From positions 32,001 through 96,000 of IMG/VR virus record IMGVR_UViG_3300045988_176357: a stretch of 64,000 nucleotides of DNA. One strand, 5' to 3'. The DNA is from a virus. Position numbers and translations under genes: made by a program. How positions within the stretch are numbered: position 1 is the first letter of the stretch; the number at the start of each line of letters is the position of its first letter. Below the pieces are notes generated by a model that was not told the DNA's origin, ran no database searches, and saw nothing but the letters and a program-made list of their open reading frames with translations. Shown here one piece after another: positions 35,901 through 45,324 of this stretch.

Positions 35901-37889
35901 GGAGCTGACTTTGACGGAGACTCATGTAAGTCGTTGATAATCATATGGTTACAACAAAAATAGGGCTCTCAGGTAGCAAAAAAGATATATAGAGGCAGTT
36001 AGAATTGGCACTTGACAAATGCGAAATCTGGTGTATATTACCTTCATAATGACAAGGAGCCGCAGCTCCAGAACCAACAATAGAAAGAAGGTAATACAAT
36101 GATTTCCAAAAATGAAAAAGTCTCAGTGATGCCGTATCTTATGGAACTCTCTGAAGTTCCTGTCATCAAAGGATCGGAAGTTGCCAAGTCGCCTACTGTC
36201 ACCGAATGGGATGTTGAGGAAGGCACTTTGGTGAACACCATAGACCCTGCTACAGGTGAGATTGTGTTTGCTCCCATGACAAAGGTATCCAGGCACACAA
36301 ACCTGAAAATGTTCGACGTGAAGTTCGGTATCAGCGGAGCCTATGAGCACATGTCCACAGTGTCTGAGGATCACAGCTTGATCACATATAACAGCACATC
36401 TATGGAACTGGAAAAGACCAGACCTGAAGAAGCCCTCGGCGCATGTGTTCCGATGACCAGATTCAACTGGTGCAACAAGGTTAACGATGAGCAGGGATGT
36501 GCAACTCATATCAACTTCCCGTCTGGTAACTACTCACTGTCCTACGATATGGGTGTCTTCTTTGGCCTCATGGTCGGTGACGGTTGGGTAGCCAGCACAA
36601 GTGCCAACACAAAGGTGGCCCATATCGCTTGCTGCGAAGAGTCCCTGCAGAACTACATATTGGAACTGACAAAGAGCGCGTCTATGCCGTTCACCAAACA
36701 GGCGGCACTATTCAGCTATGCAGCGGATGAACAGAGATTCAGCCAGCGAGACAAGCAGAGATTCACTATCTACATGGATAACGAAGATAAGGCGTTCCTT
36801 GAGAAGCTCATAGGTCATGGTGCCGAGAACAAACATATCCCCTATAAGAGCTTCATGGGAAGCATAGCACACATGATTGGCGTCCTTATGGGTCTGCTTG
36901 CTACAGATGGCGCGGTATCACATACGCCTGGAAGCGGAAACAGAAAGTCAGCTAAGAAAGCTATCATTTACCACACTGTAAGTCCTACACTGAGAGATGG
37001 AGTGCAGGATTTGGCATGCAGGCTTGGTATAAAGACAAGTGTCACGACATACACTGGCACATCTTCTGGAAACACAGCATATGCAATTGTGTTCTCACTT
37101 GAGGACTTTGCTAGACTGTACGATAAGAATCCGACAAGATGTGTGATACCTGTCAGCTATAAGCAGGAAGCTCTTATGCGTATCGTTAACGATGTGCATG
37201 AGAACAATAAAGCGTCGTGCAAGACCACCGTCACTTCTTATGATATAGTGCCGTTCCCTCGCGGACTGTTCTGCGAGTTCAGCTGGGCAAAGATTGTCGA
37301 CATCTCAAGAGACAGTGTCATAGCTGCACGTACCAAAGGCTTCATAAAGAGAAGCGTCGCAAAGCGTATTGCAGATGCTCTTGAGCGTCGCGACTGGTCT
37401 ATCTACAAAGATCCTGCATACCTCAAGAAAGCTGACCAGACGCATCGCACTCCCGCCCAGGCCAAGGCACTTGTGGACAAGTGGATCGCCATGGTACGCA
37501 ACGACGACATCGGCTGGGAAGTCGTGACAGACGTGACTCCGTCCACATGCACTGAGGGATGGGACTGCACAGTGCCTGGACCGTACACCTTCTCGCTCAG
37601 CACAGGAACTATTGTGCAGGACACCGTGAACCTGCACGTGCCTGTTTCACAGGCCGGTATCCGCGACGTGCGCTAGAAGATGATGCCCGAGCACAATCTG
37701 ATCTCAGCGAGAAAGCGCAAGATATTATACGCACCGTAGAAAGCTTATACGCAGGGACTCTATGTAGCCACAAGAATGGGTGAGGCCAAGGACGTGAAGA
37801 CCTTCAACACGCTGCAGGAAGCCAAAGACGCCTACAGAAAAGGCCTCATCGACGTGGATACACCGATACTGATCAAGGAGAAGCGATGA
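29988..37889 (+). CDS. Multisubunit RNA polymerase: beta subunit C-terminal two-thirds fused in frame to beta' N-terminal half, one 2633-codon ORF interrupted by four inteins.
   Basis: ATG 29988, frame 0. Every frame-0 track fragment (30588, 31062, 31536, 31728, 33036, 35475, 35742, 36099) falls in this frame. Codon-checked at 32160-33060, 33680-34150 and 34680-34980. Beta motifs recovered: HSDDAYSMAANYVPMYSG…SKYGTQAVPLQQRQ (≈HDDANRALMGANMQRQAVP), GRNLRVGYMSYHGATYEDACALS, KPL(TAG)VGDKM…SGFQGSKG (≈QPGDKMAGRHGNKG). Beta' motifs recovered: FRPIDGGLFGQDIFGP, NRAPSLHKLS, YGADFDGD…LHVPVS. A roughly 35-aa linker joins beta and beta' with no TGA or TAA. TGA 37887-37889. Confidence 0.75.
30531..31577 (+). 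mobile_element. Intein 1 in RNAP beta, with a LAGLIDADG-like homing-endonuclease segment.
   Basis: Starts AQR|CYRADTLILTKKGWKP (block A). Block B FSVTPSHRMYV. Contains WAFVDAILKGDGKG. Ends …GFWCGN|SPGITGY. Confidence 0.6.
31899..32897 (+). mobile_element. Intein 2 in RNAP beta, inserted within the GANMQRQAVP motif.
   Basis: …SMRLLMG|CLHPDTPVLVVDKDG… Block B LITSPCHKWYIY. Ends …VYAVANGIITHN|SKYGTQAVP (canonical HN+Ser). Confidence 0.7.
33681..34139 (+). mobile_element. Intein 3, a mini-intein in RNAP beta, inserted in GDKM|AGRHGNKG.
   Basis: VGDKM|CYDEQTQVLTADGWKRF… Block B MVTPNHRNLV. Ends …AVWSGN|SGFQGSKG. Codon positions verified. Confidence 0.65.
35922..37622 (+). mobile_element. Intein-like insertion 4 in beta', directly after the catalytic DFDGD motif: Hint block B plus two LAGLIDADG motifs, with non-canonical junctions.
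   Basis: GADFDGD|SCKSL…; block B HMSTVSEDHSLITY; FFGLMVGDGWV and LMGLLATDGAV; …TGTIVQD|TVNLHVPVS. Alignment with E. coli DFDGDQMAVHVP places the exteins at DFDGD / TVNLHVP. The 35940-36098 segment is AT-rich and contains only TAG stops. Confidence 0.5.
36012..36039 (+). promoter_or_regulatory. Sigma70-like promoter (TTGACA-N16-TATATT) plus a downstream GAAGG RBS, inside the intein-4 region and upstream of the internal ATG at 36099.
   Basis: ttgacaaatgcgaaatctggtgtatatt read directly from the sequence. May be coincidental. Confidence 0.25.
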
Positions 37890-38218
37890 CATACGCACAG
37901 GCATACGGACTCACCAAGCAGGCTAACACATAGCAGACTGCGGATAGCGCATTGCAGGATGCCTTCAACCTCGGCGGCCGAATGGGAGGCGCTGTCGGTG
38001 GAGGCACTGCAGGACTTGTAGGCGGAGGTCTTGCAGGCGCCGCGCTTGGGTACAATTTGCCTGACTGGTTCAGCAAGGCACAGAAAGCGGGCAAGCTGAA
38101 CAAGATTCTGGCTGCACTGGGCGGCGGTGTGCTCGGCGCAGGTGCAGGTCTGGTTGCCGGTGCTCATGGCGGTCACTGGATGGGCGGCCGCATCATGGAC
38201 GCAATCTCGAAGCAGTAA
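37886..38218 (+). CDS. Small Gly-rich (glycine-zipper) membrane protein.
   Basis: ATG 37886 overlaps the RNAP TGA (ATGA). Track ORF 37952-38218 extended upstream across 2 TAGs. TAA 38216-38218. Confidence 0.4.
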
Positions 38219-38278
38219 CGTGCAGCTGGGCCGTACAACTAAGAATCGAAGAACATATACCTAGCAGTTGATGGCATA

Positions 38279-38971
38279 ATGCGTACCTACACACAGATAT
38301 ACAAGCAAGCCAGAGATCTGAGAGATGCAGCAAAAGACGCCCGATGGCGTGCTTAGCTGAAGCACTTTGTGGATACCCTTCCGGATCTGTCACTTATGCA
38401 TCCTGATCTGACTCCGCAGCAGTACGCCGCCAAGGTGAAAGCTTCTCCGCCAGTTCCTTTACAGCCTTTCTCAGCTAAAGTTCTGCGTCCCTATTCCAGT
38501 GCTGCCGGTACTTACAAGCAGAACTTACAGAATGCAGCCATAAATGCCCTTGCGCAGACATAGTCCAGTAATAACAGGTTCGCCGTATCTGCTCCCGATA
38601 GGAAAGGCAGACAAGCTGTTGGAACATACCAGATACGTAGGCCAGCATTGGAACAGCTGAAGAAATGGAAGCTTGTTAAGCCGCATGTTACACAATAGGA
38701 TATTCTGTATGATGCATAGCTGAACAAGACACTAGGACCGCAGTACTTTCAGCGTATAAGTAAAGGCAGCCCATCTCCAGCTGTAGCCTATGCAAGATAC
38801 TTCAGAGGGCCTAATGCATATAAGAATGCTCTGAACAGAGGCTAGCTGCCAAAGGGAACCACGGAATAGGCATGGGCAAATAAGTTCAAGTAGGTACAGA
38901 GATACATGCAGAACTATAACAGGTAGCTGAAGCGCATTCCGGCAACCTCGAAAGGACCTGTGCAGCGATGA
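38279..38971 (+). CDS. Hypothetical protein with weak SLT/lytic-transglycosylase-like signature.
   Basis: ATG 38279, frame 2, about 12 TAGs, TGA 38969-38971. AVGTYQIRRP… and AVAYARYFRGPNAY resemble SLT motifs only loosely. Confidence 0.3.
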
Positions 38972-40272
38972 TCCCAGGGCTCCCCGACAGGCGCAACTAC
39001 GGTGACCTCGCGTCGCTGAAGCCATAGCAGACGTACACATTGCTGCGGCAGCTGCACAATGCACAGCGTGCCGGACGGCACGTGGACTTCCGCATAGGTT
39101 CTCCGTAGCTTGGTCTGTTCAGCTGGGCAGCACCTAAAGACCTTCCGACGCAGGCAGGCCAGAAACGGCTCCTCATATCGCAGCCTCTGCACACGTACGC
39201 ATACAAGGACTTCACAGGTCCCATCTATTCAGCTTATGGGCGTGGCACTGTATAGAAGCTTTAGTAGACGCCTATAGTCATCCTGCAGAACAGCCCTGAC
39301 AAGATCAAGTTCACACGCGCCGACAAGCGCAACGCGCCGGTGTACACAATGATCCGCACGCGCAACGGCAACTGGCTCACGTCCATCGTCAGCGACGACG
39401 CGCCGCCTGTCATCAGGCAGTACGACAAGTAGCACTTCAAAAGCATCTCACTGCAGCAGGCAGCCAATCTACTGGACCTTGGCGCTCAGGCCTATCCGAA
39501 GGCGGACGGCACAGGAGCACTCGCACAGGTGCGCAAGAACAGCATATAGGTGTACGGGATCCGCAAGGACAAGAACGGAAATCTGATACGATACACAGAC
39601 CACATAGGCGGACTCAGGGACATGAAGATCCCTCCGCAGCTTGTAGGCAAGGTATTCCGTGTAGAGGTCACAGGTTAGCAGAATGGCAGACCCATACAGC
39701 CCAATACTCTCTCAGGACTGCTCAATGCTTCTCTGCAGAGGAACATACAGGCACGCAAAGACAATAACATCAATCTGTTCATGTATGCACTTGCTCTTGC
39801 AGACAAGCAGGATCAATATGACAAACAGCAAGTTAACGAGCTTGTCTCCCAGCTGCAGTCTCCGAAGCTGCGTACATTGCCGAAGGTAACAGCACAGTAG
39901 TTCCAGGATCAGCTCAGACAGATGCGTGAGGGTACACATCCCATAACTCAGTAGGGCTTCATAATCCATCCCAAAGGTGGAAGACCGCTCAAAGCTAAAT
40001 TGCTGCAGGATGCAGATGTCATAGTACGTGATATATTCCCTGCATAGACACAGGATGGACAACGCGCAGGAGGATTCACGTACAGCTTGCCTGGACAGTA
40101 GACTGTTGTAGGCAGAGTAGGCACCGGTTTTACACATCAGCAGCTGCAGGATATGCTGCAGCATCCATAGCAATACACAGGCAGGACAGCAAAGATACAT
40201 GCGATGTCTCAGTATCCTTCAGGTGCATACAGAGCTCCTGCCTTCATATCTTTCAGAGCGGAAGGAGATTAA
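38968..40272 (+). CDS. ATP-dependent DNA ligase.
   Basis: ATG 38968 (ATGA overlap). Frame 1. Motif I AYPKADGTGA (KxDG). Motif IV (TAG)GFIIHPK. C-terminal motif VI YRAPAFISFRAEGD (≈LRFPRFIRIRED). TAA 40270-40272. Confidence 0.55.
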
Positions 40273-40617
40273 ATGCCCATTCATCAGAACGAAGACGGTA
40301 CCTGGCAGTGGGGCAAGTCAGGTAAGAAATACAAGAACAAGCAGGACGCAATAAAACAGATGCAGGCTATCTTCGCTTCCGGTTACAGAGAACCTGGGCA
40401 ACGCAAGAAAGCCGGGCTTACCTACATGTCTGCGTACCTGATTAAAAGAGCTGGTGGCGGTTCCTTCCAGGACTACATGAACTCCAATATTCCTGTGGAA
40501 AATGTGGAGCAGAGTCCGCAAAACAATGTGAAACAGGAACCTGAGAAACCTGCACAACAGCCGCCGACCCAGCAGCTTAACAGGCTTACGGGAATCTCTT
40601 TCTAGGAAATCAAATAA
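40273..40617 (+). CDS. Hypothetical protein.
   Basis: Track ORF 40273-40605 plus one TAG to TAA 40615-40617. GAAGGAG RBS. Confidence 0.45.
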
Positions 40618-40630
40618 GGACCTTATTAAT

Positions 40631-40969
40631 ATGACTTACATCGAAGCCTACAATATGTATAAGCAGGCTGCTCAGGTGAATGCTCCTGCTGCACATCCTT
40701 CTGTAACACCATCCGTTGCCACGAAACCTGCATTTGGTCAGTCGTATGTTAACGGCGGTTCAAAAATGCCTGACCTGCCGGGCACACGTACAGCAGTCAA
40801 AGGTGATACACCGTATCTGTACTGGACGCAGCTCGGCGGGAATAAACATATGCCGTGGCAAAAATGGCTGGGTCAGTTTCTGAAGGATAATCAGCTGAAA
40901 GCGGACGCCAAAGGCAGAGTTCTCCTGAAGCCAGGTCAGAACTATATGCTTGGCCCTGGAATTGAATAA
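40631..40969 (+). CDS. Hypothetical protein.
   Basis: Complete standard-code ORF with no TAG. TAA stop. Confidence 0.45.
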   Translation: MTYIEAYNMYKQAAQVNAPAAHPSVTPSVATKPAFGQSYVNGGSKMPDLPGTRTAVKGDTPYLYWTQLGGNKHMPWQKWLGQFLKDNQLKADAKGRVLLKPGQNYMLGPGIE

Positions 40970-40980
40970 TTGGAGTGACT

Positions 40981-41832
40981 ATGAGCTTTAAAGACATTTT
41001 CAAAGATATGAACAAGCAGGCGGCTTCGATGCTGACACCTTAGGCCATGCAGGCAGCGGCTGTGCCGCCTGAAGGTACTCCGCCTGCAGGTGCACCTATG
41101 GGAGGTGCTCCGATGGATCCGTCTATGATGGGTGCTCCGGCCGGTATGCCTGTGGATCCGGCGATGGCAGGCGCTGCTCCTGCAGGTGCTCCAATGGATC
41201 CGGCAATGATGGGTGGAGCTCCTATGGGGCCTGGACCTGATCCTGCCGGTGCGCCTGGAATGCCTGGAGCATCCGGAGCGTGGATGACTGATCCGATGTT
41301 CCTTGACTTCCTTATGCAGTCAGGTTTCCAGATCGATCAGGTTGGCAACGTAATCGATCCTAATGGACAGCCTATGGATCCTGCTATAATGGATCAGCTC
41401 TACGCTTAGTTTCAGGCACAGATGGGTGGAGCACAGCCAGACGTACAGGGAGCTCCCGCTGAAGGTGCACCTGCATAGCAGCCGCCGATGGAGCTGCCTT
41501 AGGAAGTGCTCAATCAGGTTGCAGGAATTGTGCAGGATGTTATCGACAGCTCTCTGGATGAGAAACTTTCCGCACTGGAGAAGAAGATATCTGCTTTCGC
41601 ATAGAAGCTCGATACCTTGAAGACCATGCTGGACGATATCCTTATCGGTAACACCAACCAGGATTCGCTTAACAAGTCCTAGGAAGCTTCCATTGACTCA
41701 CAGCTGTAGAAAGATCTGCGTTCAGCACAGCAGGTGGATGTGCAGTAGCCTGGAGGAACAGAACAGCTGCTTGCACCTGCTGCGGCTGTTCCTGCGTCCG
41801 GCAGCATATTGTAGCTTATGAGAGGTGCTTGA
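40981..41832 (+). CDS. Pro/Ala/Met-rich repeat protein (PAGAPM repeats) with a C-terminal coiled coil.
   Basis: ATG 40981, frame 1, includes track ORF 41047-41409, TGA 41830-41832. Confidence 0.4.
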
Positions 41833-42998
41833 TGGAAGTGTCCAGAAACATGAAGATTCTCGCAAAGCTTGCAAGCATAAATAAAGAAGCGCAGGGCAAT
41901 CCGATGCTCGTGTCTTCCCTTATCGGTGCCGGTGCTGGAGGACTTGCAGGAGACCTCACTTCACAGCTGCTGTGGAAGAAGCCGACTAAGACGCAGCGGA
42001 TTCTGTCTGCATTGGTCGGCGCCGGTCTTGGTGCAGGAACTGGCGCTGCTGTTACAGGTTCATTCGGACACAAAGCTGTATAGAATATTCCTGCGAGATT
42101 GCAGTCTATGTATTAGAATGCTATCGGCACAGTGTCAGGCAAATTGCCCTCCAAAGAGGACTTTGCATCCATGTCTCCTACAGCGAAAGCTATGTATGGC
42201 AGCACCAATACAGGAGATAAAGCTGCTGACAGACTAGGATCTGTTGTCAACACTCTGAAAAAGTCAGTAGTCGGATAGAATGACAAAGGCAGCGGTGTTA
42301 TAATTCCAGCACAGTTGGCAGCAGGAGGTATTGGCGGAGTCTTCGGCTGGAAAGGTGCTGTGTAGGCCCTTAACAGGCAGGGCAGACGAATACAGCTTAT
42401 AAAGGCTCTGGAAGATAAAGCAGGTGCTAATCCTGCGTTGTGGCGAGCTGCAGATATCTTGAAGATTTTCAAAATAAAAGGCGGCAATCCTGTTACTAAA
42501 CTTATCGATTAGATACAGGAAAGCTCTAAGCTTACAACGTCACCTCGTGCATATAAAAATAACCTTGCCAGTATAGTTCGGAATTTCCATAAGAGGAATG
42601 AAGCCAGTAAGGCTGCAGGTATGGGAGCTATAAGTGATACAATCCGGCAACGGTATTATGGAAAGTACAGGAACAAAGATCTTGATGCCTTCAGGCTGAA
42701 GGGCAGACAGAATGCCACAGCATTAGAGACCTTGTTCGGTTTGTCGAAACGCAGAGCCGGGCAGGTATTCGACAACACAGGTATCAAGACCGGTATATCC
42801 GCTGACGAAGCTGCCAAACTCCGGAATATGGTGACAAATCGTCCTCTTGGAAAGATGAAAGGTGCGGCTGGACTGCTGGCAGGTATCTTGTCTGCTGCTG
42901 CGTCGGCAGGTGGAGCCGGATATATAGGCAACGCACTTGCAGGTAACAATGCACGGTATCAGCAGGCGCTGACAAACCTGTAGAATGCTTATAAGTAA
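41832..42998 (+). CDS. Gly-rich membrane protein.
   Basis: ATG 41832 (TGATG overlap). Frame 0 links track ORFs 41829-42083 and 42621-42983. TAA 42996-42998. Confidence 0.4.
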
Positions 42999-43009
42999 CA
43001 GGTGCTGAA

Positions 43010-45319
43010 TTGGCTGTCACCACATTAGGCAGATAGGTAATCAAACAAGCGCTTCCTTAGAAGTACAGGAGCTTCGTTGACTAGCCCCTCACAAAGGCTC
43101 GCCAATAGAAGCTCACTACGCAGCTTGCCAAGGACAATCCATAGGCTTACATAGACATCCTGCAGAAGCTGAATGCCATCGCGTAGTCGACTGTATCTAC
43201 GTACGGCAAAGACACTACCATCACTCTGGATGACATAGATGCTGGAGAGAATGTGCGCAAGATGCATGCTAAGCTCCAGTAGCTGATACGTACTGTTGTG
43301 AACAGGAAAGATCTCACTCCGTAGCAGAAGTAGCAGAAGGTCATCTAGCTGGGTTACAAGTACACTGCACTGATGAAGGACCTTGGATTAAAGGATGCTC
43401 AGTAGCGTCGTACAGGTATTGCAAATCAGATTGCATCTGGATCCCGTGGCAACCCTGTACAGCTTATGCAGCTTCTTGTCGGCGACATGCAGATGCGTGA
43501 TGCCGCCAACAGGGACATCCCTTATCTTGCTACTATGCCGTATGTGGACGGTGATTCGCCTATGTCCTACTGGGCATCGAGCATGTCCGGTAGAAAATCA
43601 ACTTACGATACGCAGGCTGCTACAGGCATGGCCGGTTACCTGAACAAACAGGCAACCAATGTTATTCAGGCAACACCTATAGCTATGCGAGACTGCGGCA
43701 CTACCAATACAGGTGTGCCGGTATCAGCTACAGATCCTTAGAATGTAGGCTCCATACTGCTGCGCCCATGGAAGAACCATCCTGCAGGAACACCTGTCAC
43801 GTAGGAGATGCTGGACTAGGCTTAGTAGGGTGACGAGATTGTGATCCGCAGCCCGAACACATGCAAGGCTCACAACGGTGTGTGCGCTATGTGCTCAGGC
43901 ATCCAGGAAAACGGCAAGCTGCCTGCTGTAGGAAGCTACGTGGCACTGAATGCCATGAAGTCCTTCATCTAGCCGCTTACGCAGGCCGGTGTAAGCTGTC
44001 TGCATCCTGACACAAAGGTAAGTCTGGCTGAAGGTGGATATAAAAGAATAGCAGATATACAGATAGGCGATACTGTAATAGGTTGCGACATAGCAGGTAC
44101 AACTACACCTGTAAAGGTCACCAATGTATTCCATAATGGAATTCAGCCTGTATACAGAACTGTATCTGTTACATAGTCTGGTAAGCACTTGTAGCTCTTA
44201 TCCACACTTACACATAAATGCCTTATGCTGATCTAGGATGCACAAGTTCCAGCACTGCTGCCTATAGGGACACAGGCTAAGAAACGCTATATAGTACTGT
44301 CAGATAGGTCTGAGTAGCAAAAAGCTTAGATAATACAGCAGACATTCGTAGGCGATATATAGACCATAGATATCTAGGTTGACCATCCTGATCATCTGTT
44401 CCAACTTGTTGATTATCAAGTGGTAGCAAATTCGAAGCATGGTTCTGGTATGGGCGGCAAAAAGAGCTAGGACCCAGACGGCTAGGACCAGCCTACAGGG
44501 TTCGACTCCATAGCGCGCATGCTCCTTGTGCCCTCTACATTCCCTGGTGGCGCAGTGCTCTCTCAGGTCGATGGTCGCGTGTCATCTGTACGTCCTGCTC
44601 CGCAGGGAGGCAACTACATTACAGTCGGCACCAATACGGTATATGCGCCACGCGTACGTACAGTAACAGTAAAGCCCGGCGACATCGTGTAGGCTGGAGA
44701 CACCCTTACCAATGGCGTGCCTAATCCCATGTAGGTAGTCAAATACAAAGGTATCGGCTAGGGCAGACATTACTTCACGAACAAGCTTTTCGAGCTGCTT
44801 CCGAAATCCGGCGCAGGCACAGCAAGACGTAATGTGTAGCAGTTCGCCCGCGCCCTCATCAACAAGGTTCGCATAACATCCGACCAGGGTTTCGGCGGCT
44901 ATTATCCTGGCGACATTGCAGATTACGACGATATAGCGTAGAAATGGAGACCCAGAGAGGACAGCAAGATGCTGAACCTCAAGGAAGCCACAGGAAAGTA
45001 CCTGTAGGAGCCAGCACTGTATTACAGCATAGGAACAAGAATAACACCCAAGGTAGCCAAGAAACTGCAACAGTACGGTTACCAGCAGGTGAATACCAAT
45101 TAGAATCCTCCGCCGTTCTAGGCGAAGTTCGTAAGCTCCAAAGCGTTCTCTACTACGTAGAGGCGCTGGTTGCCCAGACTTAACGGAGAACGGCTTAAAG
45201 AGGCTATCTTCGACGCTGCAAGAACTGGAATAACTGACAGTTATGACAGCCCTTCATTCGTCGACAAGCTTATCATAGGCCCCTATAATCCGGCAAACAT
45301 TAAACCAGCAGGAATATGA
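43010..45319 (+). CDS. Multisubunit RNA polymerase beta' subunit, C-terminal fragment, carrying one mini-intein.
   Basis: Frame 2 opens after TAA 42992-42994; start codon uncertain (TTG 43010, or ATG 43262 which lies inside homologous sequence). …SGSRGNPVQLMQLLVGDMQM…YWASSMSGRKSTYDTQAATGMAGYLNKQATNVIQATPIAMRDCGT aligns with beta' …[20 protein letters not shown]…[45 protein letters not shown]. C-terminal GDTLTNGVPNPMQVVKYKGIGQGRHYFTNKLFEL… is also conserved. TGA 45317-45319. Confidence 0.7.
43997..44431 (+). mobile_element. Intein 5, a mini-intein in the beta' trigger-loop region.
   Basis: SFI(TAG)PLTQAGVS|CLHPDTKVSLAEGGYKRIADIQIGDTVIG… ends …YQVVAN|SKHGSGMGG. Confidence 0.6.
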
Positions 45320-45324
45320 AGTGT

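Noticed and set aside
36099-37676. 525-aa ORF as a free-standing LAGLIDADG homing-endonuclease gene.
   Set aside because: It is in frame with beta' on both sides with only TAG codons intervening. It contains a Hint block B. Its C-terminus runs directly into the conserved beta' LHVPVS motif. I therefore treat it as part of an intein-like insertion, although independent expression from the internal promoter-like site remains possible.
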